Shown one piece after another: positions 53,193 through 64,000 of a DNA stretch of 64,000 bases. Where the stretch lies: assembly GCF_018644675.1 (NCBI RefSeq), contig NZ_JABGQC010000001.1; one strand, given 5' to 3'. A model generated the notes under the pieces. That model did no database searches and was not told the origin of the DNA. It saw only the letters and a program-made list of their open reading frames with translations. The translations under genes and the position numbers were made by a program. The DNA is from Candidatus Thioglobus sp. (lineage in GTDB: Bacteria; Pseudomonadota; Gammaproteobacteria; PS1; Pseudothioglobaceae). The first letter of the stretch is position 1. Each line of letters begins with the position of its first letter.

Positions 53193-53226
53193 TTGAAACT
53201 ATTAGGAAAGATACAACGTATTTTAA
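53193..53226 (+). promoter_or_regulatory. ECF-type promoter TGAAAC-N17-CGTAT facing the DUF2892 gene string
   Basis: Plus-strand read TGAAACTATTAGGAAAGATACAACGTATTTTAAAGT. It starts 3 bp from the sigma gene start codon. Confidence 0.5.
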
Positions 53227-53280
53227 AGTGTAGAAGAGATAAAAAGCATATTTAATCCAGGTAGCAATAAGGAGTTGGTG

Positions 53281-53502
53281 ATGACAGTTGATAAGGGTAT
53301 TAAGATATTAAGCGGAACCATGGTGATTATTTCAGTACTATTAGGTATGAATCTGAGCGATGCCTGGTTTTACTTAACTTTGTTTATAGGGTTTATGTTG
53401 ATACAGTCGGCTTTTACAGGGTTTTGCCCTTGTGGAGGTTTGGCTAAAGTTTTAGGGGCTAAAGAGATATCTTGCGCTCGCAATAAAACAAAATCGGAGT
53501 AG
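53281..53502 (+). CDS. DUF2892 (YgaP C-terminal-like) small membrane protein
   Basis: AAGGAG RBS 6 nt before ATG 53281. Two helices and the QSAFTGFCP motif. Confidence 0.6.
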   Translation: MTVDKGIKILSGTMVIISVLLGMNLSDAWFYLTLFIGFMLIQSAFTGFCPCGGLAKVLGAKEISCARNKTKSE

Positions 53503-53714
53503 TGGCAATGAGTATGACTTTAAAAGAATGCAAAGCATTAATACAATCCAATCCGTGTTATGCGCCTCAAGCGATTGCAATGTATTACGAGGATCAACAA
53601 AATTTTGATCCTGAACGAAAATGGCAAGCAAAGTTTTCAACCTATAGTACCTGTCGATATATCGATTATGGCAATACTCATTGGGATATTAATAAAAAAA
53701 ATAGCGAGGTTTAA
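53502..53714 (+). CDS. Hypothetical 70-aa protein
   Basis: ORF wedged with no gap between the DUF2892 and DUF3179 genes. No motif recognised. The start may be ATG 53508. Confidence 0.35.
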   Translation: MAMSMTLKECKALIQSNPCYAPQAIAMYYEDQQNFDPERKWQAKFSTYSTCRYIDYGNTHWDINKKNSEV

Positions 53715-54683
53715 ATGAAAGTCACTAATCAGTTAAAAAGTATTATCATTATTATTGGGATTACGTCTGCGGTGTTTGTGAGTAGCTGCAATGCTCAAAA
53801 CTCCCCCTCTAAAAATGGTTTTGATTTATCTAATGCAAGCATTCCTGTCGAAAAAATATTGTCTGGTGGACCTGGAAAAGATGGTATTCCTGCGATTGAT
53901 CACCCAGTGTTGGTCGACAAAGATCAGGCTGATTTTATCAAAGACAGTGATCGAGTATTAGCATTGACAATTGGCAGCGTCGCTAAAGCTTATCCTATTA
54001 ATATTTTGAACTGGCATGAGATTGTGAATGACAAAATTGGCGATCAAGCCTTTGTTGTTACTTACTGTCCATTATGTGGGACAGGGGCGATATTTTCAGC
54101 AGATATCAGGGGTAGACATTCTAGTTTTGGTGTATCAGGGTTGTTGTATAACTCCGATGTGCTTTTGTATGATGACCTGACAGAATCATTATTTTCTCAA
54201 ATTTTATCTAAAGCGGTTAGCGGTCCGTTAGTTGGTGAGCATCTAAAGCCACTCGTTAGTACGCATACCACCTGGGGAAAATGGAAAGAGCTACATCCAA
54301 ATACTCAGATTTTATCAACCAATACTGGATATGCAAGAGACTATACGCGTAACCCTTATGAGGGCTATGCATCTAGTAGGGTGTTATATTTTCCAGTGCC
54401 AAGTTCAACAGGTAGCCCTGGTTCTTTCCATCCCAAAGAAACTGTGGTTGGGTTGATTGATGGGAATCGAATTAAAGCTTATCCATTTAGTGAGCTAAAT
54501 AAAAATAACCAATCCAGTTTTAAGGATTTAATTGCCGGAAAGCAGTATCAAATTATATGGGATGGTCAGAATAAATCCGCTCAAATTAAAGATGAAAATG
54601 GCCAGATAATTCCCACTATTCAAGGCTTTTATTTTGCTTGGATGGCGTTTTATCCAGACTCAGAAGTATACATATTAAAATAA
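53715..54683 (+). CDS. DUF3179-family secreted protein
   Basis: 322 aa. DGIPAIDHP, AYPINILNWHEIVND, YCPLCGTG and GVSGLLYNSD motifs. Confidence 0.7.
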   Translation: MKVTNQLKSIIIIIGITSAVFVSSCNAQNSPSKNGFDLSNASIPVEKILSGGPGKDGIPAIDHPVLVDKDQADFIKDSDRVLALTIGSVAKAYPINILNWHEIVNDKIGDQAFVVTYCPLCGTGAIFSADIRGRHSSFGVSGLLYNSDVLLYDDLTESLFSQILSKAVSGPLVGEHLKPLVSTHTTWGKWKELHPNTQILSTNTGYARDYTRNPYEGYASSRVLYFPVPSSTGSPGSFHPKETVVGLIDGNRIKAYPFSELNKNNQSSFKDLIAGKQYQIIWDGQNKSAQIKDENGQIIPTIQGFYFAWMAFYPDSEVYILK

Positions 54684-54758
54684 TAAAAATTTCTTTGGAT
54701 TAACGGTTGAATTTATCCTGATTAGGCGTAAGATGACCTTAAAATATTCGGGGGAATA

Positions 54759-56264
54759 ATGGACTCGTTTGAGACATCCAATACAGTTTTAAATATAATG
54801 CCAACCTTATTTGTTTGGCTATTAGGGATAGTATTCGCCATTATTATGGTGACTTTTATTTTTGACGTCACGCAAAGTAAAAATGCCATTCTAAGAAACT
54901 ACCCAGTAGTAGGTCATTTTCGCTACCTATTTAGCAATTTAGGCGAATTTTTTCGTCAATATTTCTTTGCCATGGATAGAGAGGAGATGCCTTTTAATCG
55001 TGCTGAACGTGAGTGGGTAAATCGCGCCTCAAAAGGTAAAGATAATACGATAGCTTTTGGGTCGACAAAAAATCTTAACATCCCTGGTTCAACCATCTTT
55101 ATTAATTGCCCTTTTCCAATGCTTGATAGTGATGCTGTAGAAACTAGGACAGTGACAATTGGCGAGAGTTACAGCAAGTACCCTTACGCGGCGAAATCAA
55201 TTTTCAATATTTCAGGTATGAGTTATGGCGCTATTTCTAAGCCTGCCGTATTGGCCTTATCTGCAGGTGCCAAAATAGCAGACTGTTGGATGAATACAGG
55301 TGAGGGTGGTTTGAGTCCTTATCATCTTGAGGGTGGTGCAGATTTGGTTTTTCAGATTGGTACCGCTAAATATGGCGTCAGACATGAAGATGGTAGTTTA
55401 GATGATCAAAAATTGGCAGATATTGCTGAGCACGATCAAGTAAAAATGTTTGAAATAAAAGTTTCTCAAGGCGCCAAACCTGGCAAAGGAGGTATTTTGC
55501 CGGGCGTTAAGGTGACAGAGGAAATTTCAATTATTAGAGGTATACCAAAAGGTGTGGAGTCAAACTCCCCTAATCGTCATGTTGAAATCTCTAATGCCAG
55601 TGAATTGCTAGATATGATTAATCATGTTCGAGATGTTACCGAGAAGCCGGTTGGTTTTAAAACAGTTATTGGCCATATTCGTTGGTTAGAGGCTTTGTTG
55701 GATGAAGTGAATAAACGTGGCATTCAAAGTGCACCTGATTTTATTACCGTTGATGGTGGTGATGGTGGCACGGGTGCAGCGCCTATGGCACTAATGGATA
55801 ACGTGGGTCTACCACTAAAAGAAGCATTACCCTTAGTGGTGGATAAAATCATGCAATGTGGCTTGGAAGATAGAATTAAAGTGGTTGCCTCTGGAAAAAT
55901 GATCACCCCATCCGATGTGGCTTGGGCAATTTGTGCAGGCGCTGACTTTGTTACTTCAGCACGTGGATTTATGTTCGCTATTGGCTGTATCCAATCACTA
56001 AAATGCAATAAAAACACCTGTCCAACGGGTGTTACAACGCACAATAAGCGCCTACAAAAAGGCTTAGATCCTAAGAGTAAATCAGTTAAAGTTGCAAACT
56101 ATGTTAATAATATGACTAAAACAGTCGAAGTGATCGCACACTCGTGTGGTGTTGAAGAGGTGCGTCTTTTAAATCGAGCGCACGTTAGAATTGTTCAGGT
56201 TGATGGCAAGTCTATTCCTATGAATGAATTATGCCCAATATGTGTTGAAGGAGATAACGAATGA
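54759..56264 (+). CDS. FMN-binding glutamate synthase-family protein (GltB domain 2-like) with an N-terminal TM helix
   Basis: 501 aa. ISGMSYGAIS, NTGEGG, QGAKPGKGG and DGGDGGTGAAP motifs. Confidence 0.8.
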   Translation: MDSFETSNTVLNIMPTLFVWLLGIVFAIIMVTFIFDVTQSKNAILRNYPVVGHFRYLFSNLGEFFRQYFFAMDREEMPFNRAEREWVNRASKGKDNTIAFGSTKNLNIPGSTIFINCPFPMLDSDAVETRTVTIGESYSKYPYAAKSIFNISGMSYGAISKPAVLALSAGAKIADCWMNTGEGGLSPYHLEGGADLVFQIGTAKYGVRHEDGSLDDQKLADIAEHDQVKMFEIKVSQGAKPGKGGILPGVKVTEEISIIRGIPKGVESNSPNRHVEISNASELLDMINHVRDVTEKPVGFKTVIGHIRWLEALLDEVNKRGIQSAPDFITVDGGDGGTGAAPMALMDNVGLPLKEALPLVVDKIMQCGLEDRIKVVASGKMITPSDVAWAICAGADFVTSARGFMFAIGCIQSLKCNKNTCPTGVTTHNKRLQKGLDPKSKSVKVANYVNNMTKTVEVIAHSCGVEEVRLLNRAHVRIVQVDGKSIPMNELCPICVEGDNE

Positions 56265-57898
56265 AGGCGTCAGACCTATTTGTAAAAGCGTTAGAAAATG
56301 AGGGTGTAGAGTATATTTTTGGCATTCCTGGTGAGGAGAATCTAGATTTACTCGATTCATTGCGAGGTTCAAAAATCAAATTTATTTTAACCCGTCATGA
56401 GCAGGCCGCCGCCTTTATGGCGGCCACTTATGGTCGTTTAACAGGTAAAGCTGGCGTTTGTTTGGCAACTTTAGGTCCAGGTGCAACAAATTTAGTCACC
56501 GCTATTGCCTATGCGCAGCTTGGCGCTATGCCTATGGTGGTGATCACAGGGCAAAAGCCAATTAAAGCAGGTTTACAAGGAAAATTCCAAATTTTAGATA
56601 TTGTTAGAATGATGGAGCCTCTGGTTAAGGACTCTGATCAAATTGTTTATGGAAGGCAGATTCCTGCGCTGGTTCGCGGTGCGTTTCGTATTGCTGAAGA
56701 AGAGCGTCCAGGTGCAGTACATTTGGAATTGCCAGAGGATATTGCCAGAGAAGAGGTGGAAGATGAAAGTGTCTTTCCTAGACAGACGATCCACCGAGTG
56801 TTCGCTAGTGATCGTGCCATTGAGAAAGCGGTTAAAGTTATTAAAGCCGCCAAAAGACCATTATTACTCGTGGGTGCAGGTGCTAATCGTAAACGTATTC
56901 GCAAGCCGTTGTCAGATTTTGTTAATAAGACAGGGATTATGTTTTTCAACACCCAAATGGGCAAGGGTGTTTTAAGTGGCGATGACTCTCATTTTATTGG
57001 AACCGCTGCATTCTCCTCAAAAGATTATGTACATGAGGCTATCAAGGCGGCTGATTTAATTATTAATGTGGGTCATGACATCATTGAAAAACCACCTTTT
57101 ATCATGAGAGGTAATGAGCAAAAAGTCATTCATGTTAATTTTCATTCTGCACAAATTAAAGACATTTACTACCCGCAAGTTGAAGTGGTCGGCAATATTT
57201 CCAACACCATGGACCGGATTAATGAGGCTCTCGATGAGTGTTATGCTTGTAATCGAGATTGGATTAAACCAATTCGTGAAAAAACTAGAGCGGCCATTCA
57301 CTCCTTGGATGATGATACTTCTTTCCCAATGTTGCCACAACGCGTGGTATCAGATGTGAGAAAAGTGCTTGACGACGATGGCATTGTCTCATTAGATAAC
57401 GGCATGTTTAAGCTTTGGTTTGCCAGACATTACCATACCCATCAGCCTAATACCTTGTTGTTAGATAACGCTTTAGCAACTATGGGTGCTGGCTTGCCAG
57501 CAGCAATGACTTGTGCACTGATGTATCCTGATCGTCAAGTGGTTGCAGTATGTGGTGATGGTGGCTTTATGATGAACTCTCAGGAGTTGGAAACTGCTGT
57601 AAGACTTAAACTTAATTTAATCACCATTATTTTTAATGATAGTGGTTATGGCATGATTAAATGGAAACAAGCAGGGCAAGAATTGCCTGATTTTGCACTT
57701 GATTTTAATAACCCAGACTTCGTAATGTATGCACAAAGTTATGGTGCCACTGGCCATAGAATTGGCTCAAGTGAAGAGTTAATCCCTATCATGAAGCAAG
57801 CATTTAAAGAGGGTGGTGTGCATGTGATTGATCTGCCAATTGATTACTCACAAAACACCAAAACATTGCTCGATGATTTAAAGCAATTTAATAACTAG
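56261..57898 (+). CDS. Thiamine-diphosphate enzyme of the acetolactate synthase (AlsS-like) family
   Basis: 545 aa. GIPGEENLDLLD, RHEQAAAFMA, GPGATN and GDGGFMMN..ELET motifs. Its start overlaps the upstream stop. Confidence 0.85.
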   Translation: MKASDLFVKALENEGVEYIFGIPGEENLDLLDSLRGSKIKFILTRHEQAAAFMAATYGRLTGKAGVCLATLGPGATNLVTAIAYAQLGAMPMVVITGQKPIKAGLQGKFQILDIVRMMEPLVKDSDQIVYGRQIPALVRGAFRIAEEERPGAVHLELPEDIAREEVEDESVFPRQTIHRVFASDRAIEKAVKVIKAAKRPLLLVGAGANRKRIRKPLSDFVNKTGIMFFNTQMGKGVLSGDDSHFIGTAAFSSKDYVHEAIKAADLIINVGHDIIEKPPFIMRGNEQKVIHVNFHSAQIKDIYYPQVEVVGNISNTMDRINEALDECYACNRDWIKPIREKTRAAIHSLDDDTSFPMLPQRVVSDVRKVLDDDGIVSLDNGMFKLWFARHYHTHQPNTLLLDNALATMGAGLPAAMTCALMYPDRQVVAVCGDGGFMMNSQELETAVRLKLNLITIIFNDSGYGMIKWKQAGQELPDFALDFNNPDFVMYAQSYGATGHRIGSSEELIPIMKQAFKEGGVHVIDLPIDYSQNTKTLLDDLKQFNN

Positions 57899-57899
57899 G

Positions 57900-59285
57900 A
57901 TGGATATGTCAAATTTATTACACGTTAAGCAGGCCTATACCGGTAAGGTGTTAAAAACACTAGAAATGCATGATAGTGAGCAGGTAAATAGTATGTTAGA
58001 GACCGCTCAAGCGCTACATCAACAAGGTGCCTTGCCTATTTATGAGCGGGTTAATATATTAAGAAAATTGGCTGATTTGGTGGCTAATGAGCACGAACAA
58101 TTTTCACAACTTATTGCGAACGAGGGTGGCAAGCCAATTCGAGATGCTCGCGTTGAGGTAACGCGTGCAGTTGGCGGTATTCATATTGCAATTGCTGAAA
58201 TCCAAAAAATCCAGGGTGACGAGATACCCATGGATTTAAGCGCTGCTGGCGCTGGTAGAAAGGCTTTTACAATTATGGAGCCGATTGGCGTTGTGGTGGC
58301 GGTTAGTGCTTTCAACCATCCGCTAAATTTAGCCATTCATCAAGTGATTCCTGCTGTGGCAGCAGGTTGTCCAGTGATTATCAAGCCAGCAGCTGTGACA
58401 CCATTATCTACTTTGCGCTTGGCTGAGCTAATTGCACAAGCGGGCCTGGCTGACGGCTGGGTGCAAGTTGCACTCACCAATCGAGAAAATTCTGAAAAAC
58501 TGGTAACCGATTCACGAGTTGCCTTTTTTAGCTTTATTGGTTCTGCACAAGTTGGTTGGTATCTAAAATCAAAACTAGCACCAGGTGTGCGTTGTGCGCT
58601 GGAGCATGGCGGCGTAGCGCCACTTATTTTTGATCAATATACTGATGAAGTGGGATTTGTTAATGGCGTGGTGAAGGCAAGTATGTATCACTCAGGTCAA
58701 GTTTGTGTTTCTGTTCAACGTGTATATGTACCGCAAGAGAGAGCCGATGAGCTGGCGCAAAAAATTGCCGATATTGCTGCTAAGCAGATTGTTGGTGATG
58801 CGATTAATGAAGACAGCGATTTAGGTCCACTTATCTTGCCAAAAGAAACTGACAGGATAGAATCATGGGTTGATGAGGCCGCTACACAGGGTGCGCAGGT
58901 AATTACAGGCGGTAAGCGTATTAACGCGGTGAGTTATGAGCCGACTGTTTTGCTTAATCCTTCCAAACAATCCAAGGTTTCTACTCATGAGATTTTTGGA
59001 CCTGTTGTTTGTGTGTATGGTTATCAAGATATTAATGAGGCGATTGCAGATGCTAACAGCCTGGATGTTTCATTCCAAGCAGCTGTATTTAGTGATGATG
59101 TTTCTAAAGCCATGGATATTGCAAAAAAACTAGAAGCCTCAGCAGTGATGATTAATGATTACACCACCTTTAGAGTAGACTGGATGCCATTTGCAGGGCG
59201 TAAGCACTCAGGTTATGGTGTTGGCGGTATTGGCTACAGCATGAAAGATATGCTTGAGCACAAAATGCTGGTTATTAAAAATTAA
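57900..59285 (+). CDS. NAD(P)-dependent aldehyde dehydrogenase
   Basis: 461 aa. Catalytic LEHGG (Glu) and GQVCVSVQR (Cys) motifs. Starts 1 nt after the TPP enzyme stop. Confidence 0.9.
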   Translation: MDMSNLLHVKQAYTGKVLKTLEMHDSEQVNSMLETAQALHQQGALPIYERVNILRKLADLVANEHEQFSQLIANEGGKPIRDARVEVTRAVGGIHIAIAEIQKIQGDEIPMDLSAAGAGRKAFTIMEPIGVVVAVSAFNHPLNLAIHQVIPAVAAGCPVIIKPAAVTPLSTLRLAELIAQAGLADGWVQVALTNRENSEKLVTDSRVAFFSFIGSAQVGWYLKSKLAPGVRCALEHGGVAPLIFDQYTDEVGFVNGVVKASMYHSGQVCVSVQRVYVPQERADELAQKIADIAAKQIVGDAINEDSDLGPLILPKETDRIESWVDEAATQGAQVITGGKRINAVSYEPTVLLNPSKQSKVSTHEIFGPVVCVYGYQDINEAIADANSLDVSFQAAVFSDDVSKAMDIAKKLEASAVMINDYTTFRVDWMPFAGRKHSGYGVGGIGYSMKDMLEHKMLVIKN

Positions 59286-59339
59286 CTACAACTTTTTATT
59301 TTATCAATAAGAGTAGAGGTTGATGACTTCCGGATTTTG

Positions 59340-61061
59340 CTAGGTTTTAAACTGATGATTGTGTAGGGAGGCGTATTCACCTTTCTGATCAAGCAACTGT
59401 TGATGAGAACCTTGTTCAATGATATTTCCCTGGCGCAAGACGATAATTCTGTCAGCTTTTTGAATGGTGCTCAATCTGTGTGCAATGATAATGGTGGTGC
59501 GATCTTTTTGCATTTCATCAATTGCAGCTTGCACCTGTTTTTCTGTTGCCGAGTCAAGTGCTGAAGTAGCTTCATCTAAAATAAGAATTGGACTATCTTT
59601 GGCAATCGCTCTGGCGATAGCTAGGCGTTGGCGCTGACCACCCGAAAGTTTGGTGCCATCTTCACCGATTTCACTATCAAAACCATATTCCATTTGCTCA
59701 ATAAACTGGGCAGCATTAGCAACTTTAGCAGCATGCTTAACCTTTTCATCGCTCATTACATCGGCTTGTCCAAGTGCAATATTGCCTTTAATAGTGTCAT
59801 TAAATAAACGCACATTTTGATCAACAAAAGAGATTTGAGCGCGCAATGAGTCAATATCAAAATCGTTAATATCAACGCCATCTATCGTAATAGAGCCTTG
59901 TGTTGGGTTATAAAACCGAGCAATTAATTGAATAATGGTGGTTTTTCCACTGCCAGTGGAGCCAACAAGGGCAATAGTTTCACCCGGGGTGATATCTAAA
60001 TTAATGCTATTAAGAACTGTTTTGTTATCTTGATAGGCAAATGAAACGTTGTTGAATTTAATACCACCTTTTGATCTTGATAAGACTTTTGACCCTTGGT
60101 TTTTCTCCTCGGTTTCATCAATAAGACCAAAAACACTTTCGCCAGCAGCCATGGCAGTTTGCAGAGGTTTGTTAATGTTAACCAAACTTTTGGCTGGTTT
60201 AATCAGCATGCCCATGGCAGTAAAGAAAGACAAAAATTCACCAGCACTCATTTGTAAAGAGGTTGAGGAAAAATACACCACACTGCCCAAAGATAGTCCA
60301 ATTAAAATATTGACAAAACCAGTATTGAATGCACCTGTCATGTCAACTTTAAAGCGTTGTTGACGAATATTCTTAATAAGATTATTAAACTTAGAGCTCT
60401 CTTGGTTTTGTGCGTGATAAATTTTAACCAGTGATGATCCAGAGATATTTTCATCCAATAGGTGTGTCATGTTGCCCATTGATTGTTGTACCTTGGTACT
60501 GGCACTACGCATACGATTTGATGACAGTTTGACGGCTAAATACACCAGAGGTAGAAGAATAATTAAACTCAAACTAAGTTGCCAATTTTTATAAAATAAG
60601 TAGCCAATGAGAATGACAACTGTCATGGATGATTTGATAAAATCAAGCCAAATAGTAGAGGCGGCTGCAGCAATTTGTTCGACATCAAAAGTAAGTTTTG
60701 ATAAAGTTTTTCCAGTGGGATTTTTGTCAAAATAAGACTTAGGTAATTTGAGTAATTTGGCAAACATAGCCTCTCTCAAATCCATAATAACTTTGTTAGA
60801 TACCCATGAACTGGCCGCTGTTGAGGTGAGTGCAAAAACAGAGCTCAAAACAATAATACCAAACAGTGCCAGTGCATAAATAAAGGCCGAGCTTTCACTA
60901 CGCTCACCCGCAAATAGCTCGTCAACAATTTGTCCGGTAATTTCTGGAATGGCACTTTCTAGAGCGGTTGCCAGCATCATCATCACTGAGGTGAAGATGA
61001 GTTTGCCGATATGTGGCTTTAAATAAACAAATAAGCGAGAAACAAACTGTTTGTACTGCAT
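59340..61061 (-). CDS. msbA: ABC transporter permease/ATPase, MsbA-like lipid A exporter
   Basis: 573 aa. Six-TM domain plus NBD with GSTGSGKTT, LSGGQRQR and ILILDEATSALD. Confidence 0.85.
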   Translation of the reverse strand: MQYKQFVSRLFVYLKPHIGKLIFTSVMMMLATALESAIPEITGQIVDELFAGERSESSAFIYALALFGIIVLSSVFALTSTAASSWVSNKVIMDLREAMFAKLLKLPKSYFDKNPTGKTLSKLTFDVEQIAAAASTIWLDFIKSSMTVVILIGYLFYKNWQLSLSLIILLPLVYLAVKLSSNRMRSASTKVQQSMGNMTHLLDENISGSSLVKIYHAQNQESSKFNNLIKNIRQQRFKVDMTGAFNTGFVNILIGLSLGSVVYFSSTSLQMSAGEFLSFFTAMGMLIKPAKSLVNINKPLQTAMAAGESVFGLIDETEEKNQGSKVLSRSKGGIKFNNVSFAYQDNKTVLNSINLDITPGETIALVGSTGSGKTTIIQLIARFYNPTQGSITIDGVDINDFDIDSLRAQISFVDQNVRLFNDTIKGNIALGQADVMSDEKVKHAAKVANAAQFIEQMEYGFDSEIGEDGTKLSGGQRQRLAIARAIAKDSPILILDEATSALDSATEKQVQAAIDEMQKDRTTIIIAHRLSTIQKADRIIVLRQGNIIEQGSHQQLLDQKGEYASLHNHQFKT

Positions 61062-61067
61062 AGGTAA

Positions 61068-62780
<1,713 letters not shown>

Positions 62781-63113
62781 GTGTTTAAAAAAGTTTTAAA
62801 GCATTGGGATAGCGATGATTTTCCCCAGTATTTTAAACACGCTTTCAACACCTTAAAACTTGAAGATTTACCCCTTTTTCAACACTGTACCCATAGTGGT
62901 GTTATTGATGAAGATAGTGTCGAAGTTAGGGTTTTATCACGCTCAATGGATGAGCAAATTGCACACCTAACCATTGGTGTATTTTTTTGCGAGGTGTTAT
63001 CAGGTTGCGCTTGTAGTGATGATCCTTCTCAAGCTATGATGCTTGAGAATTCCTATTGCGAACTGCGTATGGACATTGACTGTACTAGTGCACAGATAGA
63101 ATTTTTAGACTGA
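62781..63113 (+). CDS. Hypothetical 110-aa Cys-containing protein
   Basis: GTG start immediately after the pyrG stop. No motif recognised. Confidence 0.35.
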   Translation: MFKKVLKHWDSDDFPQYFKHAFNTLKLEDLPLFQHCTHSGVIDEDSVEVRVLSRSMDEQIAHLTIGVFFCEVLSGCACSDDPSQAMMLENSYCELRMDIDCTSAQIEFLD

Positions 63114-63126
63114 ACAGTTTTAACAA

Positions 63127-64000
63127 TTAACGCTTTTTTCTCTTCTTGATAAACTGCATTAAACGACGTTTTTTAGTCACTTGACGTGCGCTGAGTTCGT
63201 TCTTATTGTCTTTAAATGGATTCTCTCCACTCTTATATTCGATTCTCAGCGGTGTATTGGTTAACTTTAGTGCATTGATAAAGAAATTCTTCAAATAACG
63301 ATCATATGCATTAGGAACGTTCTGAAGGTGGTTGCCGTGAAAGGTAAGTGTTGGCGGAAAAACATCGGTTTGGTTAACGTATTTAATTTTCAAACGTCTA
63401 CCTTTGACCGGTGGCGGCTGATGACCTGCATTGGCACTCTCTAAAATTTTATTTAAAGTTGAGGTGGAGTGCTGGGTGCTGGCATTTTTGTAAGACTTGA
63501 TAATAGGCTCAAAAAGCTTACCAACACCCGATCCATGCAAGGCAGAAATATAATGCACACTCGCATAATTGACAAACGAGAGCTTAACATCTAATTTTCG
63601 TTTAACTTCTGATTTTTGATATTCGTCTAGACCGTCCCACTTATTGATCACAATTAGTAGCGCTCGGCCTTTATCAGCAATCATGCCAAGTAGCGTTGCA
63701 TCTTGCTCGGTAACCCCTTCACGAGCATCCAACACCAAAATAACCACATGCGATCGATCTAGCGCATCAATGGCTTTGATAATGGAAAAAATTTCAATTT
63801 TTTCATGAGTAGAGCGTTTGCGTCGTATGCCCGCTGTATCAATTAGTGTATATTTTTGACCTTCACGCTCAAAAGGTATATAGATGCTGTCACGTGTTGT
63901 ACCAGGCATGTCAATTGCCAATACTCTCTCTTCACCTAGGATTCGGTTAATCAGAGTTGATTTTCCAACATTGGGTCTACCCAGTACAGCCACGGCAATA
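63127..64000 (-). CDS. der: Ribosome-associated GTPase Der (EngA), C-terminal part; 5' end runs off the window
   Basis: The frame stays open to position 64000 (..IAVAVLGRPNVGKSTL is the G1 motif of the second GTPase domain), then DTAG, NKWD and a basic KH-like C-terminus. The M at 63993 in the track is an internal GTG Val. Confidence 0.9.
   Translation of the reverse strand, partial: IAVAVLGRPNVGKSTLINRILGEERVLAIDMPGTTRDSIYIPFEREGQKYTLIDTAGIRRKRSTHEKIEIFSIIKAIDALDRSHVVILVLDAREGVTEQDATLLGMIADKGRALLIVINKWDGLDEYQKSEVKRKLDVKLSFVNYASVHYISALHGSGVGKLFEPIIKSYKNASTQHSTSTLNKILESANAGHQPPPVKGRRLKIKYVNQTDVFPPTLTFHGNHLQNVPNAYDRYLKNFFINALKLTNTPLRIEYKSGENPFKDNKNELSARQVTKKRRLMQFIKKRKKR

Overview
This is a visibly AT-rich bacterial chromosome segment with no rRNA, tRNA, CRISPR array, transposase or integrase that I could recognise. 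Gene content points to a gammaproteobacterial chemolithoautotrophic sulfur oxidiser, SUP05/Thioglobus-like or Thiomicrospira-like; that taxon call is inference only. The window is a dense energy-metabolism supercluster. In order it contains:
- cbbR and, divergently, cbbM-cbbQ-cbbO (form II RubisCO plus its activase), then mogA.
- narK1-narK2-narGHJI (respiratory nitrate reductase), a small ORF, and a DsrC/TusE-like protein that lacks the C-terminal Cys.
- An HPP-family putative nitrite transporter.
- Molybdenum cofactor genes moaD-moaA-moaC-moeA, mobA and moaE.
- An assimilatory operon: nirB, an MFS nitrate transporter, a PP2C/Ser-Thr kinase fusion, and an unusually short nasA. A structured leader precedes it.
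- pdxB, ung, a thioredoxin-like protein, and a Crp/Fnr regulator with a C-terminal Cys cluster.
- A TPR protein and an octahaem HAO-family cytochrome, divergent from napDGHABF, which runs directly into soxYZ.
- An extreme Met-rich heptad-repeat protein with a dihaem cytochrome c4, a DUF302 protein, and fccAB.
- An FNR-type regulator, a MORN lipoprotein, an orphan tatA, tpm, and a Rieske protein with a degenerate TrpD-like protein.
- A cytochrome P460-like protein and a Met-rich membrane protein.
- An ECF sigma / RskA-type anti-sigma pair, with three matching promoters that I could find.
- A DUF2892-DUF3179-GltS-like-ALS-like-ALDH gene string, then msbA, pyrG and der.

The items I rate highest for follow-up are:
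- The methionine-zipper protein.
- The tandem ANTAR-like antiterminator leader of the nas operon.
- The ECF regulon.
- Two families of 14-bp palindromic operators, matched to two Crp/Fnr paralogues.
- The HAO-like and P460-like cytochromes next to nap.
- The miniaturised NasA.

All calls come from reading the translations and DNA by eye. No database search was run.
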